Source of the DNA: Bacillales bacterium UBA1737
GTDB lineage: Bacteria > Bacillota_I > Bacilli_A > ML615J-28 > CAG-313
Assembly: GCA_002315915.1 (NCBI GenBank)
Contig: DCIB01000002.1
Span: 20,752-84,751 of the forward strand
DNA length: 64,000 nucleotides
Direction of reading: 5' to 3'
A model generated the notes under the pieces. That model did no database searches and was not told the DNA's origin. It saw only the letters and a list, made by a program, of their open reading frames with translations. A program made the position numbers and the translations under genes. Positions 18,145 to 27,527 of the stretch are shown here, one piece after another (the first letter of the stretch is position 1; every line of letters starts with the position of its first letter).

Positions 18145-20928
18145 ATGGATGAAATTATGCAAATTCTATTAAACTTACCTATAAGTTTAGTCGATTTGTT
18201 TATAATTGTGTGTGCTGTAATAGGCCTATTCTTTGGTTTATTTGGTAAAGCACCACGAAAATTGTGGAGATTAATTTTAGTAATTGGTTCAATAGTTACC
18301 GCTTACTTTACTTATAATAAGATAATCGATGCAGTTCTAGCAGTTGATGTAAATGCGCTTGCTGAATATATTGACGGATTTACTGTTCCTGCTGGAGTTA
18401 CTTCGGTAGAAGGGTTAGTGGCTAGCTACTTAAATGTAAATGGTATAGACTTATCAAGTCTATTACCACTTGCAAAGAGTGTTGTTGGACTAGTTGTATT
18501 CTGGGTTGAAGCATTAGTATTAATGCTAGTAACTAGAGTATTATTTGGTTGGATTGCATTTGCTATTTGCGGTAAAAAACGTAAAAAACATACTGCTGTT
18601 AAAACACTTGGTTTAATTGGTGCTGCAAAAGGTGCTATTGTAGGTGTAATGATTATCATTCCTCTACTTGTATTATCACCACTTGTAGGACAAGCCGATG
18701 TATTACTTGATACAGCTGATAAGATTATGGCTGCATTCCCTGCTGATAGTGGAGCATCTACTACATCTGCAAAAGATGATGATGCTTATGTAATGGTTGT
18801 TGATGCAACAAATCCAACTACAGCTTCAAGAGAAACTATCTATGATAAATTAGGTATTGATAAAACAACTATTCAAGTTGTTGCAAAATCATTTAAAGCT
18901 GATGGAGAAAGTGGATCATCATTTATTTGTTCATCTACTTCAACATTAATGGATAAAGGTAATCTTGCCTTTGTTACATATAAAGCTTCTGATGATGCAA
19001 ATGCTACAACTTGTAACTTTGTTACAGATTTAACTGGACTTGCTGATGCTGTAAAATCCGTTGCAGAAGTATTACCTGAAGTAACTGATGATAATGGTGT
19101 ATTTGATATGGCAAAACTTACTGCCGTATTATCTGTTGAAACACCAACTGATACTACTACTCCAGTTCCTGAAGCAACTCAAAAATTATTAAATGCTAAA
19201 TCTAAATTAACTACAGCTGTACAAAAAACTGTAAGTGTTGGTATCGTTTCTGAAGTATTACCTTCTATTGCAGAAAGTGCTCTTGAAAGTGATGCAGTTA
19301 AAGAAATGTTAAATGAATCACTTGGTGATTTAGCTCCAGTTGTAACTAACTCTATTAAAGCAGTTGTAAATACTGAACCTGAAAAGATGGCAGAATCTAT
19401 TGTATCTATTGGTGGATCTGCTGTTCAAACAGTTGTATTAATGAATGAAATTAATCCAGATGGTGGTGATTTATCATTAGAAGCAATTATTGCTTTAATT
19501 GAAAGTGATGACTTTGATGTTGATACTCAATTAAAACCTGTTTTAAAAGGTATGTTACAAAACCCTCTAATTGTTTCAACATTAACTGCTGCCAAAGATT
19601 CATTTGATTGTGGTGATCCATTAATCAATGCTGTTGTTCATAATGTTAGTCTTGCAAATATGGTTGATGATTTATGGCCAGTTATTGCTGCTGCATGTGA
19701 TTTATTACCAATATTTGCTCCAAATGGTGAATTTGTTCAAGATGTAACAACTGTTCTTCCTACAGCTTATACTGGAATTTGTACTTTAATTAATGCTGCA
19801 TTATCATGTAATTTAGTAAAAGATACTGCACTAGTTGTTGTAAATAATTATTTAACATCAACTAAAGTTGAAGATGCTGAAGTAAAAGCATATTTATCAA
19901 TGGCAGGTTTTGGAACTAATGAAACTACAAATAAAGCAATATACGATGCTGCAAAAACTGATATCATGTCTGTTGTTGCTGCTGTTGGTCCATTACTTCC
20001 AGTTGTTCTTGCTTTATCTTCAGGTGATGAAGTTAACTATGCTACATTATTAACTAATGATAATGTAACTAAAGCACTTAATGTTGTTGATGTTTTATTA
20101 TCAACTAATGTTGTAACTACTATTGCATGTAAGATGGCTAATAAAGCAGTTGTTGCTTATGCTGCTGAAACTGACCCTGCAAAGAAGGCTGCTGATGTTA
20201 CTGGAATGCTAGCTGCATTAGCTGGTTTCGGAAATGCAGAAACTGATGAAACAGTTTATGGCGCTATTGTTGATGATGTAATTACTATATTAGCTGCTGG
20301 TTGTGGTGTATTACCATATGCATTTGATACTACTGGTAAATTTGATGTTATAAATATTTTAACAGCAAACGATAATGCAGGTGTTACAGCTGCCCTAACT
20401 GCTGTTAATACAGTACTTGATACTGCAACTGTTAAACGTATTGCAAAAGGATTCATTAATGGTACAGTTACTGCTTATGCAGCAAAAGATGCTGATGCTA
20501 AAGCTGCTGATATGATTGGTACATTATTATGTGTAGCAACAAGTGCTGCAACATTAGATGATGACGGAATAACTTCTTTATTAACTGATGTTAAAGGTGT
20601 TATTTCTAATGCAGCTGGATTATTACCATATGTATTTGATGCTGATGGTAAATTTAATATAGCTGTATTAGGCGGATATTTAGAAATGGTTGATTCAACA
20701 ACTCCTAAACATCCAACAGAATTTAATGCTATTTGTACTGTAATTGGTAATTTAATTGCTAATACAACAGTAGCTAAATTCTTAAATGCTCAAGTTTTAG
20801 GAAGTCTATTACCAGATATGCCTGCTGAAGCATTTACTGGATTTAATGGTTCTGAAACAGAAGTTTCAACAGTTTTACAATTTATTGGAAATATGTTATC
20901 TTCAATGAACCAAGAACCAGCTGAATAG
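18145..20928 (+). CDS. CvpA-like membrane-anchored giant Ala/Val/Thr-rich repeat protein
   Basis: The first about 180 aa have four hydrophobic segments. The N-terminus VDLFIIVCAVIGLFFGLFGKAPRKLWRLILVIGSIVTAYFTY resembles CvpA as I recall it from E. coli. About 750 further aa contain repeats of about 100 aa. RBS AAGGAGA. Confidence 0.55.
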   Translation: MDEIMQILLNLPISLVDLFIIVCAVIGLFFGLFGKAPRKLWRLILVIGSIVTAYFTYNKIIDAVLAVDVNALAEYIDGFTVPAGVTSVEGLVASYLNVNGIDLSSLLPLAKSVVGLVVFWVEALVLMLVTRVLFGWIAFAICGKKRKKHTAVKTLGLIGAAKGAIVGVMIIIPLLVLSPLVGQADVLLDTADKIMAAFPADSGASTTSAKDDDAYVMVVDATNPTTASRETIYDKLGIDKTTIQVVAKSFKADGESGSSFICSSTSTLMDKGNLAFVTYKASDDANATTCNFVTDLTGLADAVKSVAEVLPEVTDDNGVFDMAKLTAVLSVETPTDTTTPVPEATQKLLNAKSKLTTAVQKTVSVGIVSEVLPSIAESALESDAVKEMLNESLGDLAPVVTNSIKAVVNTEPEKMAESIVSIGGSAVQTVVLMNEINPDGGDLSLEAIIALIESDDFDVDTQLKPVLKGMLQNPLIVSTLTAAKDSFDCGDPLINAVVHNVSLANMVDDLWPVIAAACDLLPIFAPNGEFVQDVTTVLPTAYTGICTLINAALSCNLVKDTALVVVNNYLTSTKVEDAEVKAYLSMAGFGTNETTNKAIYDAAKTDIMSVVAAVGPLLPVVLALSSGDEVNYATLLTNDNVTKALNVVDVLLSTNVVTTIACKMANKAVVAYAAETDPAKKAADVTGMLAALAGFGNAETDETVYGAIVDDVITILAAGCGVLPYAFDTTGKFDVINILTANDNAGVTAALTAVNTVLDTATVKRIAKGFINGTVTAYAAKDADAKAADMIGTLLCVATSAATLDDDGITSLLTDVKGVISNAAGLLPYVFDADGKFNIAVLGGYLEMVDSTTPKHPTEFNAICTVIGNLIANTTVAKFLNAQVLGSLLPDMPAEAFTGFNGSETEVSTVLQFIGNMLSSMNQEPAE
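19660..20900 (+). repeat. Four divergent tandem repeats of about 300 bp inside the 927-aa gene
   Basis: Recurrent cores: CDLLPIFAPNGEFVQDV (about 19700), GPLLPVVLALSSGDEVNY (about 19990), GVLPYAFDTTGKFDVINIL (about 20310), GLLPYVFDADGKFNIAVL (about 20620). A more degenerate copy, EVLPEVTDDNGVFDMAKL, lies near 19070. Confidence 0.6.
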
Positions 20929-20948
20929 CATATTTATTAATTAAAAAT

Positions 20949-20979
20949 AAATCGGATTTATAATTAAATCCGATTTTTT
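20949..20979 (+). terminator. Rho-independent terminator
   Basis: AAATCGGATTT (20949-20959) / AAATCCGATTT (20966-20976) followed by T run. Confidence 0.8.
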
Positions 20980-21073
20980 ATTTGGCTGAAACATTGAAAA
21001 AAATAAATAATGTGATAAAATGTTTTTGAAGTATTTGGATATTTTTGCTATATCCACTTTAGGAGACAATAAA

Positions 21074-22477
21074 ATGGGAGTACAAGTAGTAGAAACATCT
21101 CTAAGAGATGGTCATCAATCCTTAATGGCAACTCGTTTAAAAACAGATGAAATAGTACCTGTTGCGGAAATATTAGATAAAGCAGGATATTATGCATTAG
21201 AAGTATGGGGTGGTGCAACATTTGATGCATGCATACGTTTTTTAAACGAAGATCCTTGGGAAAGATTAGATAAAATTAAAGCTGTTTGTAAAAATACAAA
21301 ATTACAAATGTTATTTAGAGGACAAAATATTTTAGGGTATCATCATTATGCAGATGATATAGTAGAAAAGTTTGTTGAAAAATCTCTAGAACATGGTATT
21401 AATGTAATAAGAGTTTTTGATGCATTAAATGATGTTAGGAATTTAAAAAGTGCAGTAGATGCAGTTAATAAATATAAGTCTAAATATAATGCAGAATGCC
21501 AAATAGCTGTATCTTATACTACATCTCCAGTACATACTATAGATTATTTTGTAGAATTAGCTAAAAAAATAGATAAAATGGGAGCTGATTCTATATGTAT
21601 TAAAGATATGGCAGGGGTATTACTTCCTGATTCTGCTTATGAACTTGTTAAAAGATTAAAAGAAGTAACAAAACTTCCTATTGAAATGCATAGTCATTGT
21701 ACAGGTGGTATAGCAGAAATGATGTATCGTAAAGCAATAGAAGCTGGTGTTGATAGAATTGATACAGCGTTATCTCCACTTGGTGGTGGTACATCACAAC
21801 CATGTACAGAATCTTTTGCATATTCATTAGAAAATACAAAATATGATACAGGATTAAATATTGATTTGTTAAATAAAGCAGCTGATTTATTAAATAAGTC
21901 TAAAAATAAATATGTAACTGATGGTACATTTAATACTAAAGCTCTTAATTTAAATCCTAATATATTAAAATATCAAGTTCCTGGTGGAATGTTATCAAAT
22001 CTTATGAGTCAATTAAAAGCACAAAATGCTATGGATAAATTTGATGATGTATTAAAAGAAATCCCAAATGTTAGAAAAGATTTAGGATATCCACCACTTG
22101 TTACTCCGTTATCTCAAATGGTTGGTACTCAAGCAGTTATGAATATCTTATTTGGTGAAAGATATAAAAGTTGTCCAAAAGAAATAGTTGAATACTTAAA
22201 AGGTAATTATGGACAAGCACCTTCAAAAGTAAATTTAGATGTTCAAAAGAAAATAATTGGTGATATAGAACCAATTACATATAGACCTGCTGATAAAATT
22301 GAACCTGAATTTAATAAAATTAAAGAAAAATATAAAGATATTTGTAAAACAGATGAAGATGTTTTAACTTGTGCTCAATTTGAAAATGTTGCAGTTAAAT
22401 TCTTAACTGAAAAATATAACCCTACTATTAAAGAAGATAATGAAGTTATTGAATTTAATATGGAGATAGGAAAATAA
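21074..22477 (+). CDS. oadA: Oxaloacetate decarboxylase alpha subunit, carboxyltransferase part only (no biotinyl domain)
   Basis: VVETSLRDGHQS, 5S/pyruvate-carboxyltransferase-type TIM barrel plus conserved C-terminal region. Start at ATG 21074 after AGGAGA. 467 aa, ends without an AMKM segment. Confidence 0.8.
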   Translation: MGVQVVETSLRDGHQSLMATRLKTDEIVPVAEILDKAGYYALEVWGGATFDACIRFLNEDPWERLDKIKAVCKNTKLQMLFRGQNILGYHHYADDIVEKFVEKSLEHGINVIRVFDALNDVRNLKSAVDAVNKYKSKYNAECQIAVSYTTSPVHTIDYFVELAKKIDKMGADSICIKDMAGVLLPDSAYELVKRLKEVTKLPIEMHSHCTGGIAEMMYRKAIEAGVDRIDTALSPLGGGTSQPCTESFAYSLENTKYDTGLNIDLLNKAADLLNKSKNKYVTDGTFNTKALNLNPNILKYQVPGGMLSNLMSQLKAQNAMDKFDDVLKEIPNVRKDLGYPPLVTPLSQMVGTQAVMNILFGERYKSCPKEIVEYLKGNYGQAPSKVNLDVQKKIIGDIEPITYRPADKIEPEFNKIKEKYKDICKTDEDVLTCAQFENVAVKFLTEKYNPTIKEDNEVIEFNMEIGK

Positions 22478-22478
22478 T

Positions 22479-22769
22479 ATGATTGATGTAAATAATTTAT
22501 CATTTGGAGGAGCATGCTTATTATCTTTAATATGTATGCTTATAGTATTTGGAGTATTATTCTTACTTTGGGGACTTGTTGCGTTAATGAATACATTAAC
22601 ATCAAAAAGTAAAAAAAGTATTAAAGTTCTAGATAATTCTAATACTACTTATCAAAATATAGAAGATATTACTGATCCTGATATGATGGTAGCTGCTTTG
22701 GTTGCATCTATAGATTATCATGATGAAGTAAAAAAAGATGTTCGTGTTAAATCAATTAAAGAATTATAG
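22479..22769 (+). CDS. OadG-like small membrane subunit of Na+-translocating decarboxylase
   Basis: Single N-terminal TM helix and C-terminal DPDMMVAALVASIDYH, typical of OadG. Operon position. Confidence 0.6.
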   Translation: MIDVNNLSFGGACLLSLICMLIVFGVLFLLWGLVALMNTLTSKSKKSIKVLDNSNTTYQNIEDITDPDMMVAALVASIDYHDEVKKDVRVKSIKEL

Positions 22770-22786
22770 AAGGATTAGGTATATAT

Positions 22787-23107
22787 ATGAAAGTTTATAA
22801 AATTAAAGTAAATGGTAAAACATACGAAGTAGAAGTAGAAAGTGTAACTGAATCAAATAATAAAATTGAAGAACCAGTTAAATCTTTAGAAGGAACAAAA
22901 GTTGTTAAAGCACCAATGGCTGGAGCTATTATTGATGTAAAGGTAAGTGTTGGTTCTAAGGTTAAAGTTGGTGATACTTTAGTTATTCTAGAAGCAATGA
23001 AGTTAGAAAATGAAGTAAAATCACAAGTATCAGGAACTGTTACTGAAATTAAAGTATCAAAAGGTACTCAAGTTAAAAACGGTGACGTTATTATAATTGT
23101 AGGTTAA
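22787..23107 (+). CDS. Free-standing biotin carboxyl carrier protein
   Basis: Biotinyl-lipoyl fold with EAMKLENEV attachment motif. 106 aa. Confidence 0.8.
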   Translation: MKVYKIKVNGKTYEVEVESVTESNNKIEEPVKSLEGTKVVKAPMAGAIIDVKVSVGSKVKVGDTLVILEAMKLENEVKSQVSGTVTEIKVSKGTQVKNGDVIIIVG

Positions 23108-23111
23108 TTAA

Positions 23112-24278
23112 ATGGAAGATTTATTAAAAAATTTCATTGAACAAATGGGATTCTTTAGTAATGGTCAATTTGATATTACAGCTTTTTTATTAAGAATTGT
23201 AATGATTATTGTAGCTTTAGTATTAATATATTTAGCTATTGCAAAAGGATTTGAACCATACTTATTAATCCCTATTGGTATAGGTATGTTATTAGTAAAT
23301 CTTGCTCCATCACTATATTCATCAGGAGTAAATGGTGAAGCACCAGGTTTATTATATACATTACATCAAGGTATATCATATGAGTTGTTTCCACCACTAA
23401 TATTTTTAGGAATAGGTGCAACAACAGATTTTGGACCACTTATCTCTAGACCATCTAGTTTAATACTAGGAGCTGCAGCACAACTTGGTATATTTATTAC
23501 CTTTATTGGTGCAGTATCATTGTTTGGATTTACTCCAAAACAAGCAGCATCAATAGGTATTATTGGTGGTGCTGATGGACCAACCGCAATATTTTTATCA
23601 AATAAATTAATTGGCCAAACTGATCCAATGCTTTGTGCTTCAATTGCTGTTGTAGCATATTCATACATGGCACTTGTTCCAGTAATTCAACCTCCTATTA
23701 TTAAGTTATTAACAACTAAAAAAGAACGTATGATTCATATGGAACAAACAAGAGATGTTACTAAACTTGAAAGAGTAATGTTCCCTATCTTAGTTATGAT
23801 AGTAGTAATTCTATTATTACCATCATGTGCTTCATTAATTGGAATGCTTATGCTTGGTAACTTAATAAAAGAATCTGGTGTTGTTCCAAATTTAGTTGAT
23901 GCATCTTGTAAAACTATTATGTATATGGTAACAATATTTTTGGGTTTATCAGTTGGATCAACTGCCATACTTACTAATTTAGACCAAGCATTAAGTTTCT
24001 TAAAAATATTAATTCTAGGAGCTGTTGCGTTTTCGTTTGCTACAGCAGGTGGTGTATTAATTGGAAAACTTATGTGTAAGATTTCTAAAGGCAAAATTAA
24101 TCCTATGATTGGAGCTGCAGGAGTATCTGCAGTACCAATGGCAGCAAGAGTAGTTCATAAATTAGGTCAAGAAGAAGATTCTTCTAATTATCTTCTAATG
24201 CATGCTATGGGACCTAATGTTGCAGGTGTTATTGGTAGTGCTGTTGCAGCTGGATTATTACTTAGTTTCTTTGGATAA
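23112..24278 (+). CDS. oadB: Na+-translocating decarboxylase beta subunit
   Basis: Polytopic, with IGGADGPTAIF and AAGVSAVPMAARV regions typical of OadB/GcdB/MmdB. Confidence 0.9.
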   Translation: MEDLLKNFIEQMGFFSNGQFDITAFLLRIVMIIVALVLIYLAIAKGFEPYLLIPIGIGMLLVNLAPSLYSSGVNGEAPGLLYTLHQGISYELFPPLIFLGIGATTDFGPLISRPSSLILGAAAQLGIFITFIGAVSLFGFTPKQAASIGIIGGADGPTAIFLSNKLIGQTDPMLCASIAVVAYSYMALVPVIQPPIIKLLTTKKERMIHMEQTRDVTKLERVMFPILVMIVVILLLPSCASLIGMLMLGNLIKESGVVPNLVDASCKTIMYMVTIFLGLSVGSTAILTNLDQALSFLKILILGAVAFSFATAGGVLIGKLMCKISKGKINPMIGAAGVSAVPMAARVVHKLGQEEDSSNYLLMHAMGPNVAGVIGSAVAAGLLLSFFG

Positions 24279-24281
24279 TAT

Positions 24282-24307
24282 AAATGCTAGTATCTTTACT
24301 AGCATTT
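24282..24307 (+). terminator. Hairpin between oadB and birA (poor T tail, probably leaky)
   Basis: AAATGCTAGTA (24282-24292) / TACTAGCATTT (24297-24307). Confidence 0.5.
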
Positions 24308-24326
24308 ATTTATTAATGAGGTAGTT

Positions 24327-25019
24327 ATGAATATTATTAAATTAAATGAAGTATCTTCAACAAATGATTATATTAAAGAAAATATAAATGTTTTAAAATC
24401 TAATACACTAGTATATGCTTCATCACAAACAAATGGTAAAGGTAGACTTGGTAGAACTTGGTATAGTAATAAAGATGAAAACATTTTAGCTTCTATATAT
24501 ATTGATAATTTAGATGAAAATACAATATATTTATCTAGTATTATTGTTGGATGTGCTATTCACAAAATATTATTAAAATATTTAGATAATTTATTTATAA
24601 AATGGCCAAATGATTTAATTGTTAATGATAAAAAAATATGTGGTGTTTTATGTGAATTAATAAATAATAAATTAATAATTGGATTTGGAATTAACGTTAA
24701 TCAAAAAGAATTCATTGGTGAATATCATTTTAAACCAACTTCATTAATTAATGAAATAAAAAAAGAAACAGATATTAATGAATTATTAAAAGATATATAT
24801 AATTCTATTATTAATGAATTTAATATTTTTAAAAATAATTCATTAGATATTATTAATTATTTTAATGATAATCTTTATGGCAAAGGAAAAACTGTTAGTT
24901 TTAAGATTAATAATCTTCAAGCAAAAGGAGTTATCTCTAAAGTAGATAATAATGGTCATTTAGTATTAAAAATGAATAATAATTATATAACTATTGATAG
25001 CGGTGAAATTATATTTTAA
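24327..25019 (+). CDS. birA: Biotin-protein ligase, class I (no N-terminal HTH)
   Basis: GKGRLGRTWYS biotin loop, KWPNDL. 230 aa. Confidence 0.85.
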   Translation: MNIIKLNEVSSTNDYIKENINVLKSNTLVYASSQTNGKGRLGRTWYSNKDENILASIYIDNLDENTIYLSSIIVGCAIHKILLKYLDNLFIKWPNDLIVNDKKICGVLCELINNKLIIGFGINVNQKEFIGEYHFKPTSLINEIKKETDINELLKDIYNSIINEFNIFKNNSLDIINYFNDNLYGKGKTVSFKINNLQAKGVISKVDNNGHLVLKMNNNYITIDSGEIIF

Positions 25020-25020
25020 A

Positions 25021-25046
25021 ATAGCATTTATAAAAATGCTATTTTT
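25021..25046 (+). terminator. Rho-independent terminator
   Basis: ATAGCATTT (25021-25029) / AAATGCTAT (25034-25042) then TTTT. Confidence 0.7.
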
Positions 25047-25080
25047 ATTTTACTTATCCTATTAAATTAAATTTAAAATT

Positions 25081-25089
25081 TGATATAAT
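25081..25089 (+). promoter_or_regulatory. Extended -10 (TGaTATAAT) upstream of the 25157-28043 operon
   Basis: TG 25081-25082, TATAAT 25084-25089. Weak -35. Confidence 0.4.
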
Positions 25090-25156
25090 ATTAATGTATA
25101 AGAATCTTTTTAGATTATTTACATAAAACAATTTAATACTATAAAAGGAGAACAAA

Positions 25157-26023
25157 ATGAAAGTTGTTTTAGCTGGAGCTTTCGGTAACCTTGGTGCCGA
25201 AATTCTAAAATCTCTTGTTAAAGCTGGACATGATGTTGTTGCAGCTGATTTAAAAGAAAGAGATGTTGAAGGAACAAATAAAAAATATAAATTTGTTTCT
25301 ATTGATGCAACTAATCCTGAAACATTAAAAGGATTATGCGATGGTGCTGATGTTGTTATTACTACTATGGGTTTAACAAGCGCATCAACTAAAGTTACTT
25401 CATATGATATTGATTATCAAGGTAACTTAAATTTACTTAATGAAGCAAAAGCTGCTAAAGTAAAACATTTCACTTATATTTCTGTTATTTCATGTGATTT
25501 ACCAGGAGCAGAAAAAGTTCCTATGTTACATGCTAAATTCTTATTTGAAAAAGAATTAGAAGCAAGTGGAATTAGTTATGTAATTCATAGACCAACTGGT
25601 TATTTCTATGATATTGCAAAAGTATTTAAACCATATGTTGATAATGGTGAAATGAAATTATTAAAAGGTTATGGATATGTTAAAGCAAATGTTGTTGACT
25701 GCCCTGATTTTGCAGAATTCATTGTAAAGAGTATGTTAGATGATAACAAACTATATAATGTAGGTGGTAAAGAAACATATTCATATATGCAAATGGCTAA
25801 AATGTGTTTTGATGCTGCTGATAAAGCATTACTTGTATCATGGAGTCCTAAATGGATGTTTGGATTACTTGCTAATATGCTTAAAAAACAAGGCAAACAT
25901 GACATTATCCTATTTAGCCAATGGTCTTTAAGCCATGATTTAGTTGGTGATACTATTGTTGGAAAAGGCTCTTTTAAAGAATATGTATCAAAATATTTTG
26001 CTAAAGACGGAGGTAACAAATAA
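25157..26023 (+). CDS. NAD(P)-binding NmrA-like/atypical SDR oxidoreductase
   Basis: N-terminal Rossmann VVLAGAFGNLGAEI. 288 aa. RBS AAGGAGA. Confidence 0.7.
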   Translation: MKVVLAGAFGNLGAEILKSLVKAGHDVVAADLKERDVEGTNKKYKFVSIDATNPETLKGLCDGADVVITTMGLTSASTKVTSYDIDYQGNLNLLNEAKAAKVKHFTYISVISCDLPGAEKVPMLHAKFLFEKELEASGISYVIHRPTGYFYDIAKVFKPYVDNGEMKLLKGYGYVKANVVDCPDFAEFIVKSMLDDNKLYNVGGKETYSYMQMAKMCFDAADKALLVSWSPKWMFGLLANMLKKQGKHDIILFSQWSLSHDLVGDTIVGKGSFKEYVSKYFAKDGGNK

Positions 26024-26865
26024 TGCCATTTAATGCAGCTTGGTTAGTATTAGTTGGAGCAGCAATGCTTGGTTGCTGTATTGGATTTAAAAAATTTATT
26101 TGGTTCTTATCTATAGGATATGGATTAGGTATTTTATGTATAGGTGTTGCTATGTTTATACTTGCACTTTGTGCTGGTGTTAATTTAATTAGCGCATTAC
26201 CATTCTATTTAATGTGTTTAGTATTAGTAGTTTATGGTGCAAGACTTGGATTATTCTTATTATTTAGAGAAATGAAGAATGCTTCATATAAAAAGACTTT
26301 AGATACTGTTGCAAAAACAGATAAGAAAACTCCTATATTTGTAAGCATTTCTATGTGGATTATGAATTCATTTTTATTCTTTGCTCAAGCATCTGGATTA
26401 TATTACCGTGCTTTTAATGGTAAAGCAGTAGATTGTATTAAGGATCCAGTTATGTGGGTAGGCCTTGTAATTAGTGTTATTGGTGTAGTATTAGAAGCAG
26501 TAGCTGATGCACAAAAATCTAAAGAAAAGAAAGAAAATCCTCATATGGCAGCTACAAAAGGTGTATTTAAATTATGTCGTTGCCCTAACTATTTCGGTGA
26601 AATGTTAGTATGGACTGGTGTATTAGTTTCTGCAGTTAATGTATTAAATACATTTGGTGAATGGTTTGTAGTATTACTTGGATGGGTATTAATTTGCTAT
26701 ATTATGATTAATGGTGCTCAACGTTTAGAAAAACGTCATGTTAAAAACTATGGTACTAACCCAGAATACGTTGCATATGCTCGTAAAACACCAATTATTA
26801 TTCCATTCATTCCTCTATATAATTTAAATACTGTAGTATATAGAGACGAAACAATTGATAAATAA
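26023..26865 (+). CDS. DUF1295-type polytopic membrane enzyme (steroid-reductase/ICMT-like superfamily)
   Basis: CRCPNYFGEMLVWTG near the C-terminus matches the RHPNYFGE-type motif. TAATG overlap with the upstream gene. Confidence 0.7.
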   Translation: MPFNAAWLVLVGAAMLGCCIGFKKFIWFLSIGYGLGILCIGVAMFILALCAGVNLISALPFYLMCLVLVVYGARLGLFLLFREMKNASYKKTLDTVAKTDKKTPIFVSISMWIMNSFLFFAQASGLYYRAFNGKAVDCIKDPVMWVGLVISVIGVVLEAVADAQKSKEKKENPHMAATKGVFKLCRCPNYFGEMLVWTGVLVSAVNVLNTFGEWFVVLLGWVLICYIMINGAQRLEKRHVKNYGTNPEYVAYARKTPIIIPFIPLYNLNTVVYRDETIDK

Positions 26866-27518
26866 TGGATCAAACAATAATCTCTTTTATTAATGAATTA
26901 TACCCACTTACAAAGTGTGATATAAAAGAATTTAATAAAATAGAATTTAATGGTATGTCTTTTACTAATACTCATTATGAAGCCGAAGGCTTAGGTAGCG
27001 TTTCTATAATGGAAATGGTTGCTGCAGGCGGAGCTATGACGATGGATTCTATAATAATAAATCCATTCAATATAGATGCACCACTTGTTTCATATGATAG
27101 AGTTAAAGCATTTGGTAAAGACACACTATTACTTGAGTCATATAATACTTGTTTAAATAACGATTTTGATCAATCTAATTTACTATTATTAAAATCAAAG
27201 TATTCTAATTTTATAGATCATGTATCTAAACCATGTTGGTATGATGATATAACTATGCCTTTTTCACTATGTAAAGATGGTGAAAAATCAAATGAATCAG
27301 ATTTTGATAATATTGCTAAAGAATTTATATTATTATATTTAGAAGCTACTAAAATTGCTCCTAAATGTGATGAAAAATTAAAAAGATTAGCTGCAAAGAA
27401 ATATTCTGATGGCTTATTAGAACATGGTGGACCTGCTACAGATCCATTTAAAGCAGCAGTTGGAATTGAAAAGACAACAGAATTCTTTAATAAAGTATTA
27501 TTTGCAGTAGAAAAATAG
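26865..27518 (+). CDS. Hypothetical protein, candidate ferredoxin-dependent bilin reductase (FDBR)-like fold
   Basis: By-eye collinearity with the PcyA/PebA core: SIMEMV..MTMDSIIINPFNIDAPLVSYDRV and C-terminal DPFKAAVGIEKTTEFFNKVLF. TAATG overlap with the upstream gene. Not verified by any search. Confidence 0.35.
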   Translation: MDQTIISFINELYPLTKCDIKEFNKIEFNGMSFTNTHYEAEGLGSVSIMEMVAAGGAMTMDSIIINPFNIDAPLVSYDRVKAFGKDTLLLESYNTCLNNDFDQSNLLLLKSKYSNFIDHVSKPCWYDDITMPFSLCKDGEKSNESDFDNIAKEFILLYLEATKIAPKCDEKLKRLAAKKYSDGLLEHGGPATDPFKAAVGIEKTTEFFNKVLFAVEK

Positions 27519-27527
27519 GACATATAT

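Noticed and set aside
18145-20928. Higher G+C of the 927-aa gene as a sign of horizontal acquisition
   Set aside because: The BMP lipoprotein gene (55294-56385) shows the same GCT/GTT/ACT-rich codon style, and the gene has a native-looking strong promoter. There is no integrase, flanking repeat or adjacent tRNA. Expression-linked codon and amino-acid bias is the simpler explanation.
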